Source: Alphaproteobacteria bacterium
Lineage (GTDB): Bacteria; Pseudomonadota; Alphaproteobacteria; SHVV01
DNA length: 64,000 bases
NCBI GenBank assembly: GCA_965261735.1
Contig: OZ253470.1
Span: 4,736,001 to 4,800,000, forward strand
Direction: 5' to 3'
Shown here: positions 54,778-64,000 of the stretch, piece by piece
How the letters are laid out: each line of letters opens with the position of its first letter
How positions within the stretch are numbered: position 1 is the stretch's first letter
The notes under the pieces: generated by a model
Databases searched by the model: none
Told to the model about the DNA's origin: nothing
What the model saw: only the letters and a program-made list of their open reading frames with translations
Translations under genes and position numbers: made by a program

Positions 54778-55992
54778 TCAGACCAGCGTTCCTGGACCAC
54801 CGAGAGGAATGATGTCGACGATCTCGCCTGCGTGCGCGGCCGGCGCGTGCGGTGCGCGTACGACCAGGCAGTCGGCCTGGGCGAGCAGCCGGAGCATGCT
54901 GCTGTCCTGGCGCGCGAAAGGCGTGGCGGTGAGGTTGCCGGTCTCGTCCTCGGACAGTTCGGCGCGCAGATAGTCTTCGCGGTGATCGTTCTCCGCGAGG
55001 TCACCGCCGAGTACGGCGCGCCGGCGCGCCGGGCCGGCCGCGTCGATTCCCAACATCGCCGCGAGCGCGGGAGCGAGGAAGACGAGGCCGCACACCAGCG
55101 ACGACACCGGGTTGCCGGGAAATCCCAGCAGCGGCGTTCCGGCGATCTTGCCGTAGAGTAAAGGCTTTCCCGGCCGCATGGCGATCTGCCAGAAGTCGAC
55201 CTCGAGCCCGTGGTCGGCGAGCGCGCTCTGGACGACATCGTGATCGCCGACCGACACCCCGCCCATGGTGACCAGCATATCGGCACCGCGCGCGCCGGCG
55301 GCCATCGCCGCAACCGACTCGCGGCGGTCGGCGGCGATGCCGAGATCGATGGGCTCGCCACCATAGCGCTCGATCATCGCCGCCAGGGCGAGTGCGTTGG
55401 AGCTCACGATTTGGTTGGGCCCTAGCGCATCACCGGGGCGCACGATCTCATCGCCGGTCGCGAGAAGCGCGATGCGCGGTCGGCGGCGCACTTCGAGCCA
55501 GGGCACGTTCATGGCCGCGGCGAGCCCGATGTCGCGCGGCGTCAGTACCCGCCGCGCGGCGATGCCGACATCGCCCACCTTGAAGTCGAGCCCAGCTTCG
55601 CGGACGTAGCGGCCCTTGCGCGCGCCGGTGCGGACCGTGATCGAGCCCGCGCTGACCGCCGTGTCCTCCTGGATGACGATGGCGTCGGCCCCAGCGGGGA
55701 CCGGTGCGCCGGTAAAGATGCGAACCGTTTCGCCCTTGCCGACCCGGCCGTGGTAGGCGCCTCCCGCCGGCGCCTCGCCGACCTGGCGCAGAACCACCGG
55801 GACGCGGGCGATGTCGGCGGCACGCGCGGCGTAGCCGTCCATTGCCGACACCGCGGCCGGCGGTTGCGATACGCGGGCGACCACGTCTACCGCCAGGACC
55901 CGACCCACCGCGGCGCCGAGGCCGACCGTCTCGGCGGGCAGAAGGGTCTGGCCGGCAACGATCCGGGCGCGCGCCTCGGCGACGGAAATCAT
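54778..55992 (-). CDS. moeA: Molybdopterin molybdotransferase
   Basis: SAMDGYA, RIFTGAPVP, TGDE, GGVSVGD, FPGNPVS. Confidence 0.96.
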   Translation of the reverse strand: MISVAEARARIVAGQTLLPAETVGLGAAVGRVLAVDVVARVSQPPAAVSAMDGYAARAADIARVPVVLRQVGEAPAGGAYHGRVGKGETVRIFTGAPVPAGADAIVIQEDTAVSAGSITVRTGARKGRYVREAGLDFKVGDVGIAARRVLTPRDIGLAAAMNVPWLEVRRRPRIALLATGDEIVRPGDALGPNQIVSSNALALAAMIERYGGEPIDLGIAADRRESVAAMAAGARGADMLVTMGGVSVGDHDVVQSALADHGLEVDFWQIAMRPGKPLLYGKIAGTPLLGFPGNPVSSLVCGLVFLAPALAAMLGIDAAGPARRRAVLGGDLAENDHREDYLRAELSEDETGNLTATPFARQDSSMLRLLAQADCLVVRAPHAPAAHAGEIVDIIPLGGPGTLV

Positions 55993-55998
55993 GCGCCG

Positions 55999-56502
55999 CT
56001 AGCTTGGCTCGCGCCTGTAGATGCCGGAACGACCGCCCGACTTGGCGGTGAGTTTCACCTCGGTGATCACCATCGCGCGATCGACGGCCTTGCACATGTC
56101 ATAGACGGTGAGCGCCGCCACCGAGGCTGCGGTCAACGCTTCCATCTCTACTCCGGTGCGTCCGGAGACGCGACAGGTCGCGCTCACGTCGACCGCCCCG
56201 GTCGTCTCGTTGCAGGCGAGATCGACGGCCACGGACTCGAGCGGCAGCGGATGACACAGCGGAATGAGGTCCGGGGTTCGCTTCGCCGCCATGATGCCGG
56301 CGAGACGGGCGACCGCGAGTACGTCGCCCTTCATCATGCCGCCCTCCATCACGAGCCGCAGCGTGGCGGGCTGCATGCGAACGCTGGCGGTGGCCGTGGC
56401 CTCGCGCGCCGTCACTCTCTTGCCCGACACATCGACCATGCGGGCTCGGCCGGCCTCATCAAGGTGCGTCAGGGTCCGCGCGGCTTTGGACCGGCCGGTC
56501 AT
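55999..56502 (-). CDS. moaC: Cyclic pyranopterin monophosphate synthase
   Basis: [33 protein letters not shown]. Confidence 0.96.
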   Translation of the reverse strand: MTGRSKAARTLTHLDEAGRARMVDVSGKRVTAREATATASVRMQPATLRLVMEGGMMKGDVLAVARLAGIMAAKRTPDLIPLCHPLPLESVAVDLACNETTGAVDVSATCRVSGRTGVEMEALTAASVAALTVYDMCKAVDRAMVITEVKLTAKSGGRSGIYRREPS

Positions 56503-57314
56503 AGGGGAGCCGCACCGACCGGCGCTTGCGCCAACAGCACTGCCGTCGCTGCGGCCACGTCAGGCGCGCGCATCAGCGCATCGCCGACGAGAAAGCACGA
56601 GATGCCGGCAGCGCGCAGCCGGGCAATGTCGGCCGCATCCGTGATGCCGCTCTCGCTCACGGTAAGCACATCCGCCGGCACGCGCCCCGCCAGCCGCTCG
56701 GTCGTCGACAGGTCCACCTCGAGGGTCGCGAGATTGCGATTGTTGATCCCGATCAGACGACTCTCGAGGGCGGCGGCCCGTTCGAGCTCTTCTTCGTTGT
56801 GGACCTCGACCAACACGTCCATCCCGCGTTCGCGGGCCGCCGCCTCGATTTCGCCGGCCTGCCGGTCCGACAGCGCGGCCATGATGAGGAGGACGCTATC
56901 GGCTCCAAGCGCCCGCGCCTCGATCGCCTGATAGGGATCGACGAAGAAATCCTTGCGCAGGATGGGCAGATCGACGGCCTCGTGGGTGGCCCGCAAGTGG
57001 CTGTCCTCTCCCTGGAAGTGCGGACCTTGTGTCAGCACCGAGAGACAGGCCGCGCCGCCGTCGCGGTAGGCACGGGCCAACGCCGGCGGATCGAAGTCGG
57101 CCCTAATGAGCCCCCGGCTCGGCGAGGCGCGCTTGATCTCACCGATGAGCGCGGTTCGTCCCGAAGCCTGCACCTCGCGCAGACGAGCCTCGAAGCCGCG
57201 CGGCGGCGGCGCGACACGGGACGCCGCCATCACGTCCCGGGTCGAACGGATCGCCATGCGTCGGACGACCTCGACGCGCTTGTCGGCGCAGATGAGTTCG
57301 AGGAGGCCGCTCAT
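56499..57314 (-). CDS. trpC: Indole-3-glycerol phosphate synthase
   Basis: [31 protein letters not shown]. Confidence 0.96.
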   Translation of the reverse strand: MSGLLELICADKRVEVVRRMAIRSTRDVMAASRVAPPPRGFEARLREVQASGRTALIGEIKRASPSRGLIRADFDPPALARAYRDGGAACLSVLTQGPHFQGEDSHLRATHEAVDLPILRKDFFVDPYQAIEARALGADSVLLIMAALSDRQAGEIEAAARERGMDVLVEVHNEEELERAAALESRLIGINNRNLATLEVDLSTTERLAGRVPADVLTVSESGITDAADIARLRAAGISCFLVGDALMRAPDVAAATAVLLAQAPVGAAPL

Positions 57315-58339
57315 TCTTCGGCGACTCCCCTTGTCGTGACGTCCACGAGGCGCTCCAGAGTGGCGCGCGCCGCACCCGAATCGATCGCCGCAGCCGCGAG
57401 CGCGACTCCGGCCTTCAGATCGTCCGCCCTGTCGGCGACGATCATCGCCGCCGCGCAGTTGAACAAGACGATGTCCCGGAAGGGGCCCTTATGCCCGTCG
57501 AGCAGGGCGCCGAGGGCGAGCGCATTCGTTTCCGCATCCGCGCCCCTGAAGTCGTCGAGCGTAGCGACGGGGAGCCCTGCCTCGGAGGGCGACACCTCGA
57601 AGGTCTCGACGGCACCGTCCTTGAGTTCGGCCACGACGGAGGGGCCGGTCGTCGTCAACTCATCGATGCCATCGTTGCCGTGGACGACCCAGACGCGCTC
57701 CGAGCCCAGATTGGCGAGGACCCGAGCCATCGGCTCGACCCATTCGCGGGCAAATACCCCCAGGAGCTGGCGCTTGGCGCCGGCCGGATTGGACAGCGGG
57801 CCGAGCAGGTTGAAGATCGTTCGCGTCCCCAGCTCCACGCGGGTGCCGGCGACGTGCCGCATCGCACCGTGGTGGCGTGGTGCCATGAGAAAGCAGATGC
57901 CAGCCTCGTTCAAGGACTGCTGCACGAGTGCCATGTCGGCTTCGATATTGACGCCCAGCGCCGCGAGGACGTCCGCCGCGCCCGAGCGCGACGACTGTGC
58001 CCGGTTGCCATGCTTGGCCACCGGCACGCCGCACGCCGCGGCCACCAGGCTCGTGGCCGTCGAGATATTGAGTGTCCCCTTGGCGTCGCCGCCGGTGCCA
58101 CAGGTGTCAATGGTGCCGGAGGGCGCCTCGATGGTCACCGCCTTTTCGCGCATGGCCATGGCGCCGCCTGTTATCTCCTCGACGGTCTCGCCGCGCACGC
58201 GCAGTCCCACAAGGAATCCGCCCATCTGTGCCGGCGTGGCGTCGCCCGACATCATGATGTCGAACGCGGCGTGAGCCTGGTCGATCGACAAATGGGCGCC
58301 CGAGGCGACGCGCGCGATGATCTGCTTGAAAGCACTCAT
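57311..58339 (-). CDS. trpD: Anthranilate phosphoribosyltransferase
   Basis: DTCGTGGD, NIST, KHGNR, RTIFNLLGPL; AGGGA SD before MSAFKQ. Confidence 0.96.
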   Translation of the reverse strand: MSAFKQIIARVASGAHLSIDQAHAAFDIMMSGDATPAQMGGFLVGLRVRGETVEEITGGAMAMREKAVTIEAPSGTIDTCGTGGDAKGTLNISTATSLVAAACGVPVAKHGNRAQSSRSGAADVLAALGVNIEADMALVQQSLNEAGICFLMAPRHHGAMRHVAGTRVELGTRTIFNLLGPLSNPAGAKRQLLGVFAREWVEPMARVLANLGSERVWVVHGNDGIDELTTTGPSVVAELKDGAVETFEVSPSEAGLPVATLDDFRGADAETNALALGALLDGHKGPFRDIVLFNCAAAMIVADRADDLKAGVALAAAAIDSGAARATLERLVDVTTRGVAEE

Positions 58340-58597
58340 GTCCCTTGCCATCGCCATACCGATTGATCACCCAGACCTCGTCGATGTAATAGCGTAATCG
58401 CAATACCTTGCATTCCGTTGTTCATAATCTCGTTTACTTGATTGGCAAGGCTTTGAAGCTGCGTGAACAAAGCAGGGCAGCCGCCACGGCGTCAAGGGAA
58501 ACGACAGCCGGCCCGCGCCTGTTGGCCGCCGCGCTGGCATTGAGCTATATGTTGGCGCCAGGCGCGCTCACCTCTGCTGGCATAAGGATCGGAAACT

Positions 58598-59704
58598 CTG
58601 GCAACCTCAAGCAGCGCGAAAAAGACGGGCGGCCCTCGCCGGCCCCGGGCTAGGCGCCGCAAGGCAGCCGGGGCTCGGGGAGGTGGGCGCTTCGGGCACA
58701 GCGGCTTCACCCTGGCGCTCGGCTTCGTGGCCGGAATCGCGATCGGCGGCGCCGGGGCTTACATCGCGTTCAATTCGCCAACATCGCGTGCGCCGGCCTC
58801 ATCGACCACCGAGGTTGCCGCCGTGCCGCCACCCGCAGCAGCCGCGCGGTCCGCGCCACAACCCGAGCCCGAGGCGGCCGTCGCTAGCCCACCCGGGCCG
58901 CGACCCGTCCGCCGCACCCAGAGACCAGCACCGACGAACCCGTCCGTGGCCGCGCCTCGCGCGACCCATCGACGCGCCTGGCAGCGCTTTGCGGTGGCTG
59001 TCGATGTGGCACCGGGTGTGCCGATGATTGCCATCGTCATTGACGACGTCGGCGTCGATCGCACCCAGTCGGCGCGGGCGGCGGCGCTCGCGGGACCCTT
59101 GACGCTCTCGTTCCTCACCTACGCCGATGGCCTGGCCGGGCAGGTGCGCGGCGCGCGGGCGGCGGGCCACGAGATCATGCTGCATGTGCCGATGGAGCCG
59201 CTAGGTGCCAACGAAAACCCGGGTCCCAATGCGCTGCTGACCGGTCTGGATGCCGACGAAATGAAGCGGCGGCTGCTGTGGGGGCTCGATCGCTTCGAAG
59301 GCTACGTCGCTCTCAACAACCATATGGGAAGCCGCTTTACGAAGTCGGAAAGCGGCATGGCGGTGGTCATGGCCGAACTCGCAGCGCGCGGGCTCGCGTT
59401 CCTCGATTCACGGACCACCGGCGATACCGTGGGTGAGGGAATGGCGCGGCGCTATGGCGTACCGTTCGCGGGTCGCGACGTTTTTCTCGACAACGACACC
59501 GATGTGGTGAAGGTGCGGGCGCAGTTAGCCGTGGTCGAGGACACGGCGCGCCGCCAGGGTTACGCCGTGGCGATTGGCCATCCCCATCGGGGGACGATCG
59601 AGGCCCTGAAGGCATGGCTGCCGGAGGTGCGGGCGCGTGGTTTCGCGCTCGTGCCGATGAGCGCGATCTTCGCCTTTGGCCACACCGCCGACCAAGCTGG
59701 CTAG
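58598..59704 (+). CDS. Divergent polysaccharide deacetylase family protein (YibQ-like), membrane-anchored; start uncertain (CTG 58598 or GTG 58727)
   Basis: IAIVIDDVG, MLHVPMEP, NNHMGSRFT, FLDSRT, RDVFLDN, AIGHPH. Confidence 0.88.
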   Translation: MATSSSAKKTGGPRRPRARRRKAAGARGGGRFGHSGFTLALGFVAGIAIGGAGAYIAFNSPTSRAPASSTTEVAAVPPPAAAARSAPQPEPEAAVASPPGPRPVRRTQRPAPTNPSVAAPRATHRRAWQRFAVAVDVAPGVPMIAIVIDDVGVDRTQSARAAALAGPLTLSFLTYADGLAGQVRGARAAGHEIMLHVPMEPLGANENPGPNALLTGLDADEMKRRLLWGLDRFEGYVALNNHMGSRFTKSESGMAVVMAELAARGLAFLDSRTTGDTVGEGMARRYGVPFAGRDVFLDNDTDVVKVRAQLAVVEDTARRQGYAVAIGHPHRGTIEALKAWLPEVRARGFALVPMSAIFAFGHTADQAG

Positions 59705-61581
59705 AAGAGGCTGTCGAGCGCCACGCGGTTGATGTCGACTCCGAGATCGGCTTCGAGGCTGGCCCGGTATTGGGCCAGGACATCCCTGGCCACGGCTTCG
59801 CTCAGCGCCGCAGCAAAGCGTTCTCTGTTTTCGTCCGACGGCGAAGCGGCCTGGATTTCGGTGAGGCGCGCTATCCCATAACCATCTCGCCCCGGTGTCG
59901 CGGCCATCGCGGCTTCGCCGACCCGTAGCGCAAAGAGCTCGGCCAGGAGCTCTCTCGATACCTGCCGCTCTCGGTCCGGCGCATTCCGGGTTTGGGGCTC
60001 GGTCGTCTGCACGCTCAGCCCGTGCGACTCGGCGACGGCCGCGAAATCTTCGCCAAGCTTGAGGCGCTCGAGGATCGCCTTGGCGACCTCGCGTGCGGCG
60101 TCGTCCTTGCGCGCGGCGGTCCAGTGAAGGTGAACCTCGTCACGGATGTCCGAGAGCGGGCGCAACGCCGGGGGCGTGACGGCTTCGACCTCAATCATGA
60201 AGTACGTACCATCGCTCGATTCGCGCAGCACGGGCTCTTCGCCGGGAGCCGTCTCGAACACCGCACGCACAAACTCAACGGAGACCGGCAGGTCAGGCAT
60301 CGGTTTGCCGTCCGCTCCCTGGCCGCGCGCGTCCACCGCGGCGATGCGCTTGAGCTCGAGATCGAGACGCGCGGCCGCCTCACTGAGGCTGGCACCGCCC
60401 GCAAACTCGTCCTCGATACGGGTGGTGAGGTCGAACAGAGCCTCCTCGGCCCGCCCCAGGGCGATGTCGCGGGCGAGTTCGTCGCGCACCTCGTCGAGGC
60501 CGCGGGTGCCGCCCTGTGCGACGTCGGTAACGCGGAACACATGCCAACCGAAGGGGCTTTGCAGCGGCTGGCTGTGGCCGCCACGGGCGAGAGCGAACAC
60601 GGCGTCCGCAGCGTCGATGGGCAGTCGAGCGTGGGTCACCTCGCCGAGCGAGACATTGTCCGCGTTCAGGCTGTCGGTCTGCGCAGCCGTATCGGCGAAC
60701 GTGGCACCCTCGCCCAGGAGCGCGTGGGCCTCCTCGGCGCGCTCGCGGCTGTCATAAAGCAGCTGCTCGACCGTGCGGCGCTCGGCGACGACGAACTCGT
60801 CGAGCCGATCCTCGTACGCTTCCTCGATCTCCGTGTTGTCGACTCTGATCTCCGCCACGAGGTCATCAGGGCGCAGCGTGACATATGTGATCCTGCGGTA
60901 TTCCGGGGCGGTAAATCGCTCGGCGTTCTCCTCGTGGAACGCCGCCAGGGCGGCTTCGTCGGGCGAATCGATCGTCGTGATCGATTCGCTCGCGACCACC
61001 AGCACCTTGGCCACGCGGCGCTCGGCGCGATAGGAGAACAACCGATCTACCAGGGCCGTGGGTGCCGCGCTACCGGCGGCCACGGCGTCGATCAGCTGCC
61101 CGCGTATGGCGTCGCGGCGCAGGCTATGAATGAACGCTTCCTCGCTAAATCCGTTTGTCGCCAGCGCCTGGCGAAAAATAGCGGGATCGAACACCCCGGT
61201 GACGTTGCGGAATACCGGGTCGCGCCTGATCTGCTCTGCGATGTCGCTGTCCGAGCGGGCGAGACCCATGTCGCGCGCGGCGATGTCGAGCAGCGTACGG
61301 GCGACGATGTCGGCCAGTGTCGCCTCGACCAGCCCGAGCTCGCGGCCGGTCTCGGCGTCGAGTTGTCTGCCGAGTCCCTGCGATGCACCCTGCAGCGTGC
61401 GCTGAAAGGCGTTGCTGAATTCAATGTCGGAAATCTCTACATCGCCAACGGTCGCGACCGTCGAGGTCACCCCGCCGCGAAAGACATCGCCGACACCCCA
61501 AACCGCGAAACTTGCGACGAGCAGGGCAAGCAGTCCCTTGAAGGCCCAGGACTGGGTCCCTTTACGCATCGATTGGAGCAT
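59701..61581 (-). CDS. ppiD: PpiD-like membrane-anchored peptidyl-prolyl isomerase (SurA N-terminal domain)
   Basis: MLQSMRK..LLVASFAVWG, VATVG, F..PEYR, SPFGWH parvulin-like motif; divergent from tpiA. Confidence 0.9.
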   Translation of the reverse strand: MLQSMRKGTQSWAFKGLLALLVASFAVWGVGDVFRGGVTSTVATVGDVEISDIEFSNAFQRTLQGASQGLGRQLDAETGRELGLVEATLADIVARTLLDIAARDMGLARSDSDIAEQIRRDPVFRNVTGVFDPAIFRQALATNGFSEEAFIHSLRRDAIRGQLIDAVAAGSAAPTALVDRLFSYRAERRVAKVLVVASESITTIDSPDEAALAAFHEENAERFTAPEYRRITYVTLRPDDLVAEIRVDNTEIEEAYEDRLDEFVVAERRTVEQLLYDSRERAEEAHALLGEGATFADTAAQTDSLNADNVSLGEVTHARLPIDAADAVFALARGGHSQPLQSPFGWHVFRVTDVAQGGTRGLDEVRDELARDIALGRAEEALFDLTTRIEDEFAGGASLSEAAARLDLELKRIAAVDARGQGADGKPMPDLPVSVEFVRAVFETAPGEEPVLRESSDGTYFMIEVEAVTPPALRPLSDIRDEVHLHWTAARKDDAAREVAKAILERLKLGEDFAAVAESHGLSVQTTEPQTRNAPDRERQVSRELLAELFALRVGEAAMAATPGRDGYGIARLTEIQAASPSDENRERFAAALSEAVARDVLAQYRASLEADLGVDINRVALDSLF

Positions 61582-61772
61582 GGCGGTACCGTCTCACCGA
61601 AATCGCCCGAGGCGCCAGCCGGCATGATAGGAGGGCGCCAGAAACGCCGCAACCTCCTCGGCGAGGGGTCGCACCGCCGCGCGAAGGCTGGCCAGCGTTC
61701 CTGCATTCTGCTAATCGAAGCGACGCCATCACCCGCCCGCGTCGGGCGTCAATCGGGCGTGCCGCACTCTCG

Positions 61773-62552
61773 ATGTCAGCGAAACCAACCCCCTTCATCG
61801 CCGGCAACTGGAAGATGAACGGCGGCCCCGGTGAAGCACGCGCCCTGGCCGGCGCCATCGGCGCCCGCGCCAAGGCGGCCTTACCGCCCGGCGTCGAGGT
61901 CGCCGTCTTCCCGCCGGCCCTTTGGCTCGGTCTCGTCCGGGACGCCCTCGACGGGGCGCCGACGGCGTTGGGCGGGCAGGACTGCCACGCCGAGCCCAAA
62001 GGCGCCCACACAGGCGATATGAGCGCCGAGATGTTGGCAGCAGCCGGCTGCGCCTACATCATCGTCGGGCACTCCGAGCGCCGCGCCGACCATGGGGAAG
62101 GCGACACCGACGTGTGTGCGAAGGCGCGGGCGACGCATCGCGCGGGGCTCGCGACGATCATCTGTGTCGGCGAGAGCGCGGACGAGCGCGCTGCCGGCAC
62201 CACCATTGAGGTGATCACGCGCCAGCTCGAAGGCTCGCTGCCCGAAGCGGGCGGGGCCGCGAACACCGTTATCGCCTACGAGCCGGTGTGGGCGATCGGC
62301 AGTGGCCTAACCCCGACGGCCGTGGAAATCGAGGCCGTACACGCGCACGTGCGCGAACGGATCGAGGCGCGCTGGGACGCCGAGGCCGGGCGCGTGCGCA
62401 TCCTCTACGGCGGCTCGGTCAACGCGGGCAATGCGCGCGACATTCTCGCCATCGCCAACGTCGATGGCGCGCTCGTCGGTGGCGCGAGCCTGATCGCCGA
62501 GGATTTCTGGGCCATCGTCGAGGCCGCGGCCCCCGTCGCCAACGCGGGCTAG
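61773..62552 (+). CDS. tpiA: Triosephosphate isomerase
   Basis: AGNWKMN, GHSERR, AYEPVWAIG, YGGSV, LVGGASL. Confidence 0.97.
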   Translation: MSAKPTPFIAGNWKMNGGPGEARALAGAIGARAKAALPPGVEVAVFPPALWLGLVRDALDGAPTALGGQDCHAEPKGAHTGDMSAEMLAAAGCAYIIVGHSERRADHGEGDTDVCAKARATHRAGLATIICVGESADERAAGTTIEVITRQLEGSLPEAGGAANTVIAYEPVWAIGSGLTPTAVEIEAVHAHVRERIEARWDAEAGRVRILYGGSVNAGNARDILAIANVDGALVGGASLIAEDFWAIVEAAAPVANAG

Positions 62553-62585
62553 CCTCGTCGGCGACAGTTGGTGTAAAAGCCAGCC

Positions 62586-62897
62586 ATGCAAACCATCGTG
62601 CTCGTCATTCACATCCTGATCGCGGTGTCGCTGATCGTCGTGATACTCCTCCAGCGCAGCGAAGGTGGCGCTCTCGGAATCGGCGGCGGCGGCGGGCTCA
62701 TGACGGGACGGGCAGCGTCCAATCTATTGACGCGCACGACCGCCATCCTGGCGGCCGGCTTTTTCGCGACCAGCATCCTGCTCGCGATTGTCGCCAACCG
62801 AACGTCCGAGCCGACCTCCATCCTCGACGAGGCGCCGGCACCTGCGCCGACCACGCCGGCGGAGCCGACGACCCCGACCGCGCCCATCTCCAACTAG
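62586..62897 (+). CDS. secG: Preprotein translocase subunit SecG
   Basis: ILLQRSEGGALG, NLLTRTTAILA. Confidence 0.95.
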   Translation: MQTIVLVIHILIAVSLIVVILLQRSEGGALGIGGGGGLMTGRAASNLLTRTTAILAAGFFATSILLAIVANRTSEPTSILDEAPAPAPTTPAEPTTPTAPISN

Positions 62898-62970
62898 AGC
62901 GAGGCCGCGTGCGCAACGACTCGAGCCCACAGGTTTGTGCGGCCGCCGAAGCGGTGTAGGGTAGGGGCCC

Positions 62971-64000
62971 ATGACGCGCTTCATCTTCGTAACCGGCGGC
63001 GTCGTGTCTTCCCTCGGAAAAGGTCTCGCTTCCGCCGCGCTCGGCGCCGTGCTGCAGGCGCGCGGCTTCAAGGTGCGGCTGCGCAAGCTCGATCCTTACC
63101 TCAACGTCGATCCAGGGACGATGAGCCCCTACCAGCACGGCGAGGTCTATGTCACCGACGACGGCTCGGAGACCGACCTCGACCTGGGCCACTACGAGCG
63201 CTTTACGGGCGTGCCGACGCGCCACAGCGACAACATCGCGACGGGGCGTATCTACCAGGCAATCATCGGCGGGGAGCGTCGCGGCGACTACCTCGGCAGT
63301 ACCGTTCAGGTGATTCCCCACGTCACCGATGCGATCAAGGCATTCGTGCGCAACGGCACGGAGGACGCCGACTTTACCCTGATCGAGATCGGCGGGACGG
63401 TCGGCGACATCGAAAGCCTCCCGTTCCTCGAGGCGATTCGCCAGCTCGGCAACGAGCTCGGCCATGAGCGGGCCGCGTTCGTGCACCTCACGCTGGTGCC
63501 CTTTATCTCCTCGGCCGGGGAGCTCAAGACCAAGCCGACCCAGCACTCGGTCAAGGAGCTACGCAGCATCGGCATCCAGCCCGACGTGCTGCTATGCCGT
63601 TGCGACCGTGAGATCCCGGACGGCGTGCGCGGCAAGATCGCCCTGTTCTGCAACGTGCCCGAGGAGGCGGTGATCCCGGCCCTCGACGTCGCGTCCATCT
63701 ACGAGGTGCCGCTCCGCTATCACGAGGCCGGCCTCGATTCCCAGGTGTTGCGCGTGTTCGGCGTCGACGATGCACCGGCCCCGGACCTCAGCCGCTGGAC
63801 CGAAATCGTCGAGCGCATCGAGGCGCCGGAAGGTGACGTCAAGATTGCCGTCGTCGGCAAGTACACGGCGCTGCAGGATGCCTACAAGTCACTGATCGAG
63901 GCACTGGCCCATGGCGGCATCGCCAACCGCGTGCGCGTCGATCTCACCTGGTGCGACTCCGAGGTCTTCGAAAGCGGCGAGGTCGGACCGGACCTCGAGG
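62971..64000 (+). CDS. pyrG: CTP synthase (runs past window end)
   Basis: [46 protein letters not shown]. Confidence 0.97.
   Translation, partial: MTRFIFVTGGVVSSLGKGLASAALGAVLQARGFKVRLRKLDPYLNVDPGTMSPYQHGEVYVTDDGSETDLDLGHYERFTGVPTRHSDNIATGRIYQAIIGGERRGDYLGSTVQVIPHVTDAIKAFVRNGTEDADFTLIEIGGTVGDIESLPFLEAIRQLGNELGHERAAFVHLTLVPFISSAGELKTKPTQHSVKELRSIGIQPDVLLCRCDREIPDGVRGKIALFCNVPEEAVIPALDVASIYEVPLRYHEAGLDSQVLRVFGVDDAPAPDLSRWTEIVERIEAPEGDVKIAVVGKYTALQDAYKSLIEALAHGGIANRVRVDLTWCDSEVFESGEVGPDLE

Noticed and set aside
58358-58470. trp attenuator or leader peptide upstream of trpD
   Set aside because: No short ORF with tandem Trp codons and no terminator/antiterminator pair; only an AT-rich promoter-like stretch.

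Overview
GC-rich alphaproteobacterial chromosome segment (Rhodospirillales-like gene order, inferred) made mostly of conserved housekeeping genes. In order: the 3' part of an IS1182-family element, hupB, tRNA-Val, a ~4.7 kb accessory block (cspA, CaiB/BaiF CoA-transferase, orphan LivK-type substrate-binding protein, amidohydrolase), tRNA-Asp, nuoA-N, birA-coaX-rnj-mce-DUF1467, proS-lolE-lolD-dnaE, rpsB-tsf-pyrH-frr-uppS-cdsA-dxr-rseP-bamA-skp-lpxD-fabZ-lpxA-lpxI-lpxB-gloA, gltA, gltX, an intact IS630 element, a frameshifted comEC, lexA, moeA-moaC-trpC-trpD (no trpE/trpG), a divergent polysaccharide deacetylase, ppiD, tpiA, secG and the start of pyrG. The main signal not explained by ORFs is a ~140-nt minus-strand sRNA gene between DUF1467 and proS. 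It has its own promoter and terminator and a loop-exposed AGGGAGGAA motif complementary to the alpha-r8/MmgR/SuhB seed, so it is a candidate RNA sponge. Other points: a comEC deletion-frameshift, an IS630 that separates gltX from its upstream region, a LexA box at dnaE, a probable CTG start codon, a small 'VNDN'+TM protein behind gltA and a Cys-pair loop in BamA POTRA3. I saw no CRISPR array, prophage or defence island. All calls are by eye; no database searches were run.
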